Shown here in pieces: positions 12,634 through 25,019 of a DNA stretch of 64,000 bases. The stretch's first letter is position 1. Each line of letters starts with the position of its first letter. The position numbers and the translations under genes are program-made. Below the pieces are notes generated by a model. That model did not search any database. It was not told where the DNA came from and saw nothing but the letters and a program-made list of their open reading frames with translations. Source of the DNA: Chrysomallon squamiferum (Eukaryota > Animalia > Mollusca); contig CM022665.1 in assembly GCA_012295275.1 (NCBI GenBank), positions 33,480,001 through 33,544,000 of the forward strand. The letters are read 5' to 3'.

Positions 12634-15600
12634 ATTTTGTTTTTTCATTAAATGAGTTATTATTCAGTTAAGAATTTAATATTTAATATATTTATTAATT
12701 TTAATTCAAATTTTCTCTTTAAAATCTGTACTATAAAGGATTAAGATTAATATATATATATATTTTTTTTAGGATCCTCTCTGGATAATTTTCCGAACAA
12801 TTCCAGGGATCACTGGTATTGTGTTGCTTGTGGTTCTAATCTTAATAGTAACTTCAAGCACTCACTATATGAGGTAAAATGATATATACATTTCAACAGT
12901 TTCACACACACACATACACACACCTGACTATACAGCTGACTATTCATCTGACTTCCTACCTTCACATATACAGACACACAGATATATCATAATCAGTAGA
13001 GGTGGTTTTGAAACTGAGAAATATTTTTATTACCTTTTGTTCTAAATTATGTAAAGGAAGTTCTTATAAAAAGCCACTGTATAAAATGCTGAAATGTTCT
13101 ATTTATTTAGATGATAGATGTTCTTTTTATAATATTGTTGTCAAATGTAATGTAATTTTTCTGTAAAAATCTAAAACTTTATGAGCCAGTAACTTTGGTA
13201 GATTTACCCAAAAGAAGACTGAAAATCAAAATGTAATTAAAATTTGTCACAGTTATGTGGTGTTATGCTGTTGGTAAATATATATGCTATATTGTTGCAG
13301 AGAAGTTAATTATGATTTGTTCTTCATAACACACAAATTGGTGATAGTCTTCTACATACTTCTACTTGTTCATGGAATGAGGTAAGAATATAATCTATCA
13401 TTGTAATATAACATAAAATCAAACCAAATTGTTGGTACAGTTCAGTTAATAATAAAATTCAGTCATCAATGAACTTAGATTTATATTCTTCTAATTAAGT
13501 ACATTCTGTCACCTGTAATCTGTGGTGGTCAAGCATTTGAGTGTTCAAGTTTAAACATATTCTTATTAAAATATATGCTTAATAATTATTATCACCAGAA
13601 ATTTAAATAATGTGATATTATTTGACATACTAAAGAAAATTAGAAAAAAGTAGGATCTACATTTATTAAACAATTTCTTTGGAGTATTTAAAATTAAGTA
13701 ATTAAAGGAAGAACAAATGTCTCAAGAAAAGATCAGTAGGTATTTTATTTGTGTAAATATGTCTTCACAATTAAAACAGTAATACCTATCCTTAAATTAG
13801 ATATCAATTATGGATAAAAAAGTAAAATAATAACATCATTACATTTATTTTTACCAGTACTCGGGGATACACAGAAAAAGGAAACAGAAACAGTAATTCA
13901 CCAAAAGTGCCAAAACAACCTTTATTATTAAAACCTATTCTGAATCTGGCTAATACAGTTCATATGAAACAGATACATGTCTATCAGAAACCATATTTTT
14001 GTACTGTGATCCTTAAACACATATGCACATCTTTGTCATATTTGTTTGTGTGTCTAAATAGATATATATATATATATATTAAAATATGCACAGTACTTTA
14101 TAATTTTAGAGGTCCAATCAAGAGACAGTTAAATATTGATACCCACACACCTGGATGTCTTTTAACTGAAACATCTACCCTTGCATCTTTACCAGAAGCT
14201 GAATATCATATTTCAGTGTACACTTGTGATGAAGAACCAAAGTTTGAATCTATAGGATGTGAGGTATAAAAAAAGTTTATTCAAGATAATGTAATATAAC
14301 TAACTAACTGATATTATTACTCATCTTTTCATAAAGCTGAAATGGATATTTGAAAACTGAAATAAAATTTTACTTTTAATATTCAAATTAAAAACACTAG
14401 CATCATGTTAAATAAACATGTCTGGTATGTTATTATGTAACTAACAAATATGTTGTTTGTTTCAAGTCTTGGATGTGGATTGGTGTTCCTTTATTAATTT
14501 ACTCATGTGATAAATTATTCCATCTTGTGAGGAGGACTTCTGTTACCACAGTGACAGAAATTGTTCTGTATCCTGATGAAATTATCAAGATTTTCATGCA
14601 TCAAAAAGGATTCAGTGCAGAACCTGGTCAGGTAAACATCTAAGAGAAAACATTGTATTTGTTAGTCTTAAAGGTTTTTGTTTATTAAATAGTTATTTCC
14701 TTGAGACTCACCCATATCATAATTGGCACTGGATGTTGTTGAACATAAAAATATATCAATATTAAAATACCAAATTCCATAATTATAATGAATGATGAGA
14801 TAAATGAAATATTTTAACCTGAGATCACTGTTACACATTCCTATGGATATATGTAGTTAGTCATCTATATAATCATTAATTTCGTTTGTAAAATATAAAA
14901 GTTCTTAAACTAAATGATCTAAAGTCTATTTTGTTTCATTTCATATATTTTTTGGTTAGTATTTTATTATTATTATTGAAAATTTATTTTCAGTATATTT
15001 TATTGAATTGTCCAGAGATATCAGTGCTAGAATGGCATCCATATTCCTTTACTATGGTATGTTCTTTTGAAGTTAGTTTGTAACTGTTATAAACTGAAAT
15101 TACTGTTTTAAGCTGAACAAAAATTATTAAACTAAAACTCAAAAAGAACAACTAGTAAAAGACAAAGATATCAAACCAAAGTTATCTCTTTATCACTAAA
15201 ATGTTTCATATTAAACAATCTGCAAAACAAAATATATACATAATATTAAAAGAAAACAGCATGGAATGAAATGAATGAAATAAAAAATGCGAAAGCTAAC
15301 GTAACCAAAGAAATTTCTTTAATTATTTTTACCATAGTGTGCCAGATAAAAAAGAATAACTTGAAGTTTATTCTCAGGATTTTTCAAGATTTTGAAAATT
15401 ATAATAGATAATGGCATCATTTCAGTGTCCATCTAATGAAAATGAAGATTTTGCAGTTACAATACAAGTCCTGGGTGACTGGTCAGGTGATTTGGTAACT
15501 ATTCCTCTTCGTAAATACACAACTTAGTTGAAGTAAGGTCACCTTATTTCAGTAAAATATTTTAATATATAACCAATGATATGCCTATATGTATATATGT

Positions 15601-18081
15601 TATTAGATATAATGGTTCTTGTGTCACTGTTACTGAGAACTGTGGCATTGAAATGTGGGAATTTTTAGTTTGACCAGTTTCTATGAAGGTCATCTAAATT
15701 GTATGGCTAAAATAAAATTATTTGGCCAATCCATAGTTTGAGTGAATAAACCACACTTAACACCTTCAGTTCTGCAAAAACCTTCATATAATCTGACGAA
15801 TAGTGTACCAGACCCATAAACTAGAGTTTCACTGAGGTACTGGTATTGGTGTCGGGTATTTAGTACACATCTAAAAAGAAGTGAATCACTTATCTAGTAT
15901 GAAATTTACATTTAGTAAACGTATTAACAGAAATATATTGCTTGTTCTAGTACATTATTTACATTTATATATCACTTGTTCTGGTATGATACTTACATTT
16001 AGTAGATTTGTTAAGTGAAATAGATCACTTGTTCTGGTATATTTACATTTAGTAGATTTGTTAACTGAAATATATCAATTGTTCTGATACAGTGTTTATA
16101 TTTAGTACACTGAAATATATCCCTTGTTTATTTTGTAAAATAATATACCTTTTTCTTCCTCATTTCCTCCCCTTTTGTTATTTAAAATTTATATCGTTTT
16201 TTTTTTGTTGTTTTTTTTTTCTGTTTTTTTTTTTTTACAGAATTTGGTAACACAAAAATAACTGAAATACAAAAAGATACAGCATGATTTAATTATTTTT
16301 CGATATTAAAATTTCATCTTTTAGGGAAGTTAAAAAGAAAAATAATTGCTGAAAAACAACTTGAACAAGAACCTGAGCTTCTGGTTGCAAGTATACCACG
16401 AAGGTACAAATATATTTAACATATCATGTTTGAAAAGGTAAATTTATTGCTAATTAAAATTTATTAAATTAACTAACTGAAGAAAAGTAAGTGAAATAAT
16501 AATTAATAACAAAAACCTGTATTGGGTTAGTTGGTGTATATTTTTTTATATAGATATTAATCTAACTAAAAATATAGGGGAAGTGTACGTATATACTGAA
16601 CCTGTACCTATATTGAACCTCTGGCATTTCTCAGCCTCTGATTGTCTGAAAGGTGTTTTGCCACAACTGTGTGACACCTCAGTCAACATCGTGCATTTTG
16701 TGATATAAATAAAAACGTATTTTGCCCATGTAAATGTAATTTTTTGCTATTTTTGAAGGTTTGTAGTTCTGGTAGGTATATAGGTGCATATGTAGGATAT
16801 TAAATATTTGTAGGTTAGGACATATTTGGCATTTAGCATTTGGCCCTGCAACCCAAATAAGTGGTCTGATGCTGATTATGCAGCTGCAGTGTCCGAACAA
16901 CAGAACTAGGCCTACTCGTCATAGAGACGTCATAATCGTGGCGACAGCAACCACACCTGACAACCAACCCGAACCTGAACAGCATTGTGCTTGCCTGAAT
17001 CCATAAATAAAGATTCTGAACCTGAAAATGTAGACTGTGAGTCGTGGCCCCAGAGAGAAGAGCAACGTGCGTCACAAGCACCCGACAGTAGAACTGTTAA
17101 TGTCTCTCTTACCTCTTTGAAACTAGTACAACAAATCAGCATGGTCGATCCTTCTACAGAGCCGCAAATAGCCAGACACACAACTTCAAAACAGCACCAG
17201 AGATGAAGATGGACATTCAGTTGACTTCCTAGTCGACACAGTCAGATACGCTGCAATCAAAAATGACGATCAACTTCTGTGAGGATCTGGACAATATAAC
17301 TGACACAATGAATATGCTATTTTGAATTGGTGTTTGTTCCTTCCTTCCTTTTTATTTTTCAAATTCTATGGTGCAGCAGTCTCAATTAGGCAAAAGGTAA
17401 TGTATTGAAAATGGAATTTACAAAGGATACTCAGAATTCCCTATATTGAACCACTTTGTCCTTATGTTGAACCCAGGTTCAATATAAGAACAGATAGGGT
17501 TCAATATAAGTCATGGGGGCCCTAAACTGAACTTTTGTCAATATGTTTTAATTGGTCCATAAACGTTTTTTACTTCATGAGGGTCTTATGGAATCTAACA
17601 TCTATCAACTACGACTAGACTGATCTTCATTGATACCATCTGGACTGAGCAATGAAGGTCAGAAGTTAGGGGGTTCAATATGTGTACACTTCTCCTAATT
17701 AAAATATAAATTACTGATCATTTCTTTATGCAATGATTTCAGTTTATCTGTCATTATTGATGGACCATTTTCCAGTTCACTAGAAGGAATTATTAACAAA
17801 AAGATTGTTGTATGTATTGGAGGGGGAATAGGCATAACACCATTTTTATCAGTTCTACATTTTTTACGGTACGTTCCTTTTACCTATTTGCTCCTTTGGA
17901 TTACAATTTATTATACTTTTGTAAATGAGCAAAACGCAACATAAATGTGAGTAGACTTTGGTATAAAGTCAAATGAAAACAAGGGTGTATAAGTCAGACT
18001 GAAAGTGTAAACTTACTTTGCAGCAACCATTCAAATATGATTCAAAATTTTTTTTAATTTAAAATACAGTTAAAAATAACC

Positions 18082-18154
<73 letters not shown>

Positions 18155-19327
18155 AAATAGAAACTGTGGCAACAGATGGATTATAACTGATTTGGTTTAC
18201 ACATTTTATTTCAGAAATTTAAAGAACTATTTCATACCTCTACAGCGCATATATCTGGTGTGTGTAAGCAGAAGTCTTCCCAGCATAATGTTTTTTATTG
18301 AAGACATTTACAATACTCACAACATGGTAATTAAATAATAAATTTTTTATTTTATTTTAAATATTTTTATAGATCAGTAAATTAGGTTTTTGTTTATATA
18401 ATTTTAGGTTAGACAAAGATAAAAGTCAAATGTTTCTGATGGCAACAAAAAATCTAGATTGATCCGTCCAGATTCACAGTAATTAAATGTTCATATTAAT
18501 AATAATTTTTGTTTACAAAATTTCATTAAAAGAACAAATATTTTTGGTTCACATGGCCAGGTAAAAAAAAGTATTCAGATTGAGTTATTTAAATGTAAAG
18601 TGAAATAAATTTATGAAGTATAGTTTACATTTCTATCATTATGAAATACAAATGTTTCTTTATTTATAGCTATGGAATAAAAACCGTCCAGATCTTCTGG
18701 AAGTTCAGTTCCATTTCACCCAGATGATGACACTGGAATGGGGTATATGTAAGGTAAAAACCCATCAGATGTTAATACATTTGAATTTAAAAGGAGGACT
18801 AATTCTTCACTATAAATAAAAGAAGAAAAACAACATTGTAATAAACATCTTTATTTGAAATACAGAAGCTCTGTTATAGTGAAAAAAAACAGTCAAATTA
18901 CTTTGTGATAAAATATAAACTTCTTAATGTAATACTGTTTTAAAAGCTAAATAAGTTCTTATATATAATTTGTTTTCAGAGTATACCAGAGAGAACACTA
19001 GAATTTGTAAACAAGAGATCCAAGTTAGAGAGACCGCAGTGGACTAGTGTATTTGAAGATCTTTCACTGAGACATCAAAGGTAAATTTATTTTAACACGA
19101 ACTAATCGTCCACTTCCAATACTGATAATATTTATTTTATTTTAGATAATTTTCAGATAATCTGTTCTTTCAAAAATATTATTATTGATATTAATATTTT
19201 CTCTTGTAGGCAGAAAATAAATGTCTATACATGTGGAACTAGAGGACTTAACTCTGAGGTACGAAACACATGTTTGATGGCAAGCACACAGACCACGCAG
19301 TTTATCTTTCATAAAGAAAACTTCTAA
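7737..19327 (+). CDS. NOX4: NADPH oxidase 4-like protein, 17 coding exons, 565 aa
   Basis: GT-AG exons: 7737-7796, 10201-10296, 10733-10846, 11131-11215, 12439-12536, 12773-12873, 13301-13381, 14110-14263, 14467-14631, 14994-15056, 15426-15486, 16325-16403, 17743-17868, 18215-18326, 18670-18753, 18980-19080, 19210-19327. They total 1698 nt with compatible phases and no internal stop. Motifs: ISRGAATVLNFNC; four heme His (FHIT, GHL, THK, VHG); NOX4-type DTHTPGC and CDEEPKF; PGQY; GDW; DGPF; GGGIGITPF; NRPD; terminal FHKENF. No EF-hands. Confidence 0.92.
7950..8033. repeat. (CT)n microsatellite in NOX4 intron 1
   Basis: Direct reading. Confidence 0.97.
12155..12219. repeat. Perfect 30-bp inverted repeat with 5-nt spacer
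   Basis: TAGTTAATTAATCCTCTGATGTAACCATAT-gtaat-ATATGGTTACATCAGAGGATTAATTAACTA. Confidence 0.92.
15884..16130. repeat. Degenerate ~50-bp minisatellite, about 5 copies, in NOX4 intron 11
   Basis: Recurrent unit ATCACTTGTTCTGGTA...TTACATTTAGTAGATTTGTTAACTGAAATAT; boundaries approximate. Confidence 0.75.
16577..17695. mobile_element. Non-autonomous TIR DNA transposon with TA target duplication, in NOX4 intron 12
   Basis: Left end TA|GGGGAAGTGTACGTATATACTGAACC. The right end reverse-complements to TA|GGAGAAGTGTACACATATTGAACC. The TATATTGAACC motif repeats subterminally in both orientations (near 16609 and 17443-17510). Confidence 0.75.
18084..18150. repeat. (AG)n microsatellite
   Basis: Direct reading. 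Confidence 0.97.
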
Positions 19328-19850
19328 TAACTATAGAACTCATCAACCAGTTTTTAAATATTTAGTATCCTGTTACATTTTGTTCAAGATAAATATGCAT
19401 TTTATTATCCAACTTCAATGAAATGTAAAAGTTATACTATATTAGTGTGAGACTGAAGTTACATAACATCCAGCAATGATGACTGTCACAAATATTATGA
19501 CTACAGGAAATGATTTCCTAAACTTGTTGTTTTAGACAATATTTACAGATATAGTATGGAAATATTCAGGCTGGAACAGTTTAATAACTGTTCATAAATG
19601 TTGTCAGTTGTGAAATTACTATTCACGCTGAAATCGTACACTCATTGGTTATATTTCACTAAATTACCTGTAACTCAGTGTACTAAAAACAATTAAATAT
19701 TGAGTCTGTTGTTCAGAAGTAAGAAATAAAAACAAAACTTCATAAAAAATTGCTTTCATGAAATCAGGTAGTCAGGTAGAAAAATAAAAAGGATCAGTAT
19801 ATAAAAAACAATGACAACAATAGCAACAAAATCAATAACGCCTACAACTA

Positions 19851-21774
19851 CTGTAATACCTCGCTTAACGATGTCCCGCTTTAATGATTTTTTTTTTTTT
19901 TTTTTTTTTCACAGATGATATAAATAGAAATTTAATCGTTAATTGCTCGAAATAAATGGTACAAATGGGTACAATGCATGTGTTTAATTCCCTTCGTTTT
20001 TCGTTTGTTTTTCGTTCAGTTACACGTTAAAGCTTCCCTCAGCTGTGTTGATCAGTTGACATGCAGACTTCATACGTGCATGTGGTGTTCAGATGTTAAA
20101 TTCTCTTCTGCTTCCATTTAGAATTAACGCTTTTGAAATTTTCCCTTCCACTATATCAAAACGAATACATAGCACAACGGCGAATGCTGATGATAAAAAG
20201 AAACGGAAGACAATAACTTTAGAAACAAAATACGATATCTTAAATGAACACAAAACCGCTAAATCCGTTAAAGACTTAGCTGCTAAATTTTGTTTGTGTC
20301 AGTCAACTGTATCGACGATTTTAAAGGTTAAAGAAAAATATTTGAATGAGATTAAAAGAACTCACTCCTTGCATTCTACGAGGAAAAAAAAAGTGGTCAA
20401 TTTTATTCCTCACATGGAAAAACTTTTGTCAGTATGGATAATTCATCAAACGCAACGACTAAACATGCCTATGACTGAAGATAGGTTAACGTTATTGCCT
20501 GGAGGTAATACAGCTGTAAGTTAAAACCCCTGCTTGTGCATCGTGCCGAAAACCCCAGAGCACTTAAAGGCCTCAACAAGTCAACACTTTCAGTCATATG
20601 GAAAACAAATAAAAAAGCTTGGGTTACTGCTTCACTATTTTAAGACTGGTTTACGCATCACTTTGTACCGGATGTTAAAAAATATTGTGAAGACAAAAAT
20701 GTTTCATTCCATGTGCTTCTGCTTATAGATAATGTACCTGGTCAGCCACCATTGCTACAACATCACCATCCTAATGTTAGATTAGTAGTTATGCTGCCAA
20801 ATACAATAGCACTTTTCTAACCAATGGACCAGGGCGTCAGCAATATTTAAAGCCTTTTATCTTCGGCAAACATTTGATACCTTAATAAATGCTATTGATA
20901 AAAAAGGAGGGCCAATACTAAAATAATTTTGTTCTGGATGCAGTAAAAATAATAAAAGAAGCATGGAACAAACTTACAGAGAAAAATATGAAAAGAGTTT
21001 GGCACAAACTCTGTCCTGAATGTATTGACGATTTTGAGGGATTTGAAGAACCTGTAGAGATTGTTCGAAATGAAACAGAAATGATCGTTAACATCGCTAA
21101 TAAATTGCAACTTGATGTTTCTACTAATGACATAAATGATCTGTTTCAAGCACATTACCAAGAGCTCACAATTGAAGATCTCGTTCAAATGGAAGAACGT
21201 CATGAAGAAGCCGAAGAAGAAAATAAAACAGAGGAAACTCCTGTTTATTACTTCACTCTGAAAGGGCTCAACAAAGCGTTTACATTAAAAAAGCAGTTGA
21301 GATTTTTGAGTCCCAAAATATGAATTTCGAACGAAGGTTGCAGCAGATCTAATGAAATATCACGCTTGCTATCGTGAAATTTACAATGAAAAGAAAAATT
21401 GTCTTGGAAGCAAGGATCTCTTGATTCATTTTTCATAAAGCAAAAAGAGGCTTCTTCAATTTCAAGTGATCCAAATGCGAGTGAGAATGAAACATCGATG
21501 AATGAACACGCAATGAGCAGCATATTTCTTAATCTATTCGTATAAATTGATTTGAAAATGTGTTTGTTTAATATATATGATCTATTAAATGATTTATGTG
21601 TAAATTGCCGTTTTATTTCTCCTTATTTAACATTTTTTTACGTCAGATTTTATCAGCGAGAATGTAACCACTGCTTTTAACCTTAATTCTATGTAAATTA
21701 ATCTCCCACTTAACGTACCTCACTTAACGATTGGACATTTGGAACCAATTACATCGTTAAACCGACTATTGCTA
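19851..21774 (+). mobile_element. Tigger/pogo DNA transposon with decayed, internally deleted transposase
   Basis: TA|CTGTAATACCTCGCTTAACGATG left TIR and a degenerate right TIR (CATCGTTAAACCGACTATTGCTA). CENP-B-type HTH KRKTITLETKYDIL...LCQSTVSTILK and MEKLLSVWI. DDE_1 remnants DRLTLL.GGN, KAWVT, LLLIDNVPGQP, PNT....PMDQG with stops and frameshifts. Confidence 0.88.
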
Positions 21775-22069
21775 TTTCTACTACTACTGCAACTACTGCA
21801 TATTCAAAACGCAGAATGCATGGTAGGTAAATGTTTTGCAGTAAAATGATGTTAAAGATGTTGATATAAAATAAATATTTGAGAACGTGTATGCTATATA
21901 TGTTATTGAAAATACATAATTGTTTTATATATTTTAGGTGTAAAAGTTAAACACAGCCCTTTTAGTATCCATATTCTGGCACACCACTAATATGATAGCA
22001 ATAGATAGGGATAAAAAACAAAAATCAAATAAAACATAATAAAAATTAAAAAAATTCAAGGGCATTATT

Positions 22070-22264
22070 TTACCTCGGACGTCCCGATCTTGGCTTACAC
22101 TTGACATCACGTTTTTTAATCAAATGACCGATGTGGTTAATCTTCACTTGTCTACTCATCTTTCTGTTTGACATATCGGTGTTGTGCATACCGACAATTT
22201 GCCATACCATAACATCAGACAACCTTCGCCTTGCTGTAGTTTTCACGCAGACAAAAAAGAACAA
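22070..22264 (-). mobile_element. Tc1/mariner transposase N-terminal remnant
   Basis: RRRLSDVMVWQIVGM...MSNRKMSRQV...KPRSGRPR, a paired-like HTH plus the GRPR linker; truncated. Confidence 0.65.
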
Positions 22265-23989
22265 TTCAGATAACCTAATTAAATAAAACTCAGCCTACAC
22301 TTTCGCACATGTTACTCCTTCGTTAGTCCTAGTGCGTGGGATATATGTACTTGTAGGCAGGGTTGTTTTTCACCCGTACGATAAAACCAGGTAATAAATT
22401 CAAGCAATATGGCAGCATGCTTATGTGAGTATGTTTTTATTCACTACTGATGTTGGCTGTACTTAACTGTTGCGCATGTTTATAATAAACATTTTTCTCA
22501 GTTTCTACATTATTTCATACTTAAAATAAATAAATAAACAGTCGCCTTACTATTTCGGAAATACGTCTTTCACTGAATGTTGTCAAACGTATAACAAAAA
22601 TTACAGAAGTGATCAGTAATGTTACCTTAAAGCATTAACTGTGAAACCATTGAGAAACCATTGGTTCATCTTACAAAATCTTAACTAAATCAGTTTTTAG
22701 TTTCTTTTTCTTTTCTTTTTTTCTCTTTTTTTTTAATTGTATTTTGTGGTTCAAACCATAAACATCAAAGAAAATCCAGAGAAAGACAGAGAATGCAATA
22801 AAACCCAATTATTGTCGAAGCTGTAATGTGTGTAACATAGATAGCAAAATTGTCATTGTTAATTATTTTAAACAGATGGTTGACTTAAAGGCTAAAAAAA
22901 ATAATAATAAAATAAATAAAATATATATATATATAGTTTTAACTATAATTACCTGTATAAAGCTGTTAAAATAAACAAATCAATTTTAAAACAGTTTGTG
23001 AACAAAACAGAATTACAGAAAATTTGGGAGTTGATGAGAAAATATCGACCAAAGTGGAAAGTAGACTGTATAGAAAAATAACCTGTAAAAGGATAAACCC
23101 CTTTGATGGAGTGAGGAGTAATACCAAGCATGTTTCTATTAAGATAAATTAACTTGGAGATGGTTGAATGTTGTCTTTTTTATAACACAGATAATCAGAG
23201 TTACAAGGAGTCCTGGGTAGACGTCTTCAGTGCGTAGCATGAAAACCCGAGAATAACGAAAAACTTATAAACAGCAATTAATGTAGTATTTTCACCACTT
23301 AACTCACATAAATATGGTGTAGTGTACCTACACACAATAATAAATATATAATAAATAACTTGGTCTACAATATAAGTTAACATACATAACAATAATACGG
23401 ATACATTTGTCTGAAATATTCTGAGCCGAACTGGTAAAGACGTAAAGGATAGGTATTGCCTTGTTTATATACAAAGAAATATATCTGGTAAATCGAATAC
23501 ATACTTATTATAAAGAATTATGTTTTCATATTTATTAGCAACATTAGATGAACATGATAGCCTGCGGGTATATTTCTAAAACTAACATTAGCCATACTGG
23601 TCTCTTTGAAGTAGAAAAGTTATAATTCAGCCTATGAACAGGGCAAATATTATTTAAATTGACTGACGTATTATTACTTCTTACATACGCTCAGAACTTT
23701 ACAGCCACCAGTTAACTATTAATATTTGCTACCGCTTAATAACAAGTACATATAAACCAACCTATACAATAAATGCTTTAATGCTTACAATACCAACAGT
23801 ATTTATTCTCTACACAATAATTATTTTTACACTCACATACAGACACGGCCGCTCAAAAAAATTAAAATAAATAAAACAATAAATAAATAAATAAATAAAT
23901 ATGATACCACCTGCAAAATCTTTGATATTTCCTTTTTCCAAAAATCATTGAAGAATTTAGGGTTTTTCAGTTACAGTGATACACATTAA

Positions 23990-23992
<3 letters not shown>

Positions 23993-24034
<42 letters not shown>
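23993..24034. repeat. (AC)n microsatellite
   Basis: Direct reading. Confidence 0.95.
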
Positions 24035-24036
<2 letters not shown>

Positions 24037-24730
24037 GATGAATGGTTACTGTTTTAAAGTATTAGCTTTATCCTGCGAAGATTAGAATGCACCGGGAGGA
24101 TAAAGCTGTATTCTTAAAATAATAATCAGTTATTTCAGTTATCCTACAATACTAAGTAATACAAAAACTAAATGATATTAACCTTTTTATTTCTCAACTC
24201 ATCATTCTTGAGATTAGTTTATCCACACGTATTCATTTTGTTCTCGCCTATAAAAACTATACATGAAAACAAAACAGTTCTTAAACTGTAAGTTTGACAA
24301 CGGTTTTCAAGATGGTGTTTTAAGATCTCAACCAGTAAATAAACACAAATTACAGTTCCTTCCCAAAAAGCAATATTTTGGATAGCGCCGATAATAAAGA
24401 AAGTTATCTGATCTTCTCATTTTACTTTTGTGTACAGTGTTTCTAAATACTCCTTCGCCATGTACACGTATATTACGTTTCATCATTACCCCACCTTCTA
24501 GGCTGATAAGTGGATGGGATGCTGTTATTATGAATTAGGTTTGTTACATATACAATAATCTATATACAAAGGCCAAGCTAACTGTCAGCAAGTACGCCTA
24601 GAAATCACTACTTTGTGAAGAGCACGTTAAAAAGGTGTCGAATATTATATCATATGTCATGTAGGTGGTATAGTTTGTGATGTCCATAAATATACATTAA
24701 CTAACAACACTGGAACTGCGAGCTTTAGCA

Positions 24731-24783
<53 letters not shown>

Positions 24784-25019
24784 CACAACAACAAAACAAT
24801 AATAATAATCATAAACAATAAATAAAAACAAAATATACGAACATAAATACAATTTATTATTATTATTATTATTATTATTATGTCATTATTTTTTAAATAT
24901 TTATGCAAATCAATTAGTAAAACAAAATCATGATCTAGCATTAAACCTCGGGGGTAGACTGTTTGTCTATACTAGTGAATGTTTTACATTTAATTTTAAT
25001 TAAAAACGGCACTGTGGAT

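Noticed and set aside
15884-16130. Repeat array as a possible CRISPR
   Set aside because: Units are contiguous and degenerate with no unique spacers; the context is a eukaryotic intron with no cas genes.
16679-17206. Overlapping ORFs in a GC-richer patch
   Set aside because: They lie inside the TIR element at 16577-17695 and show no recognisable domain.
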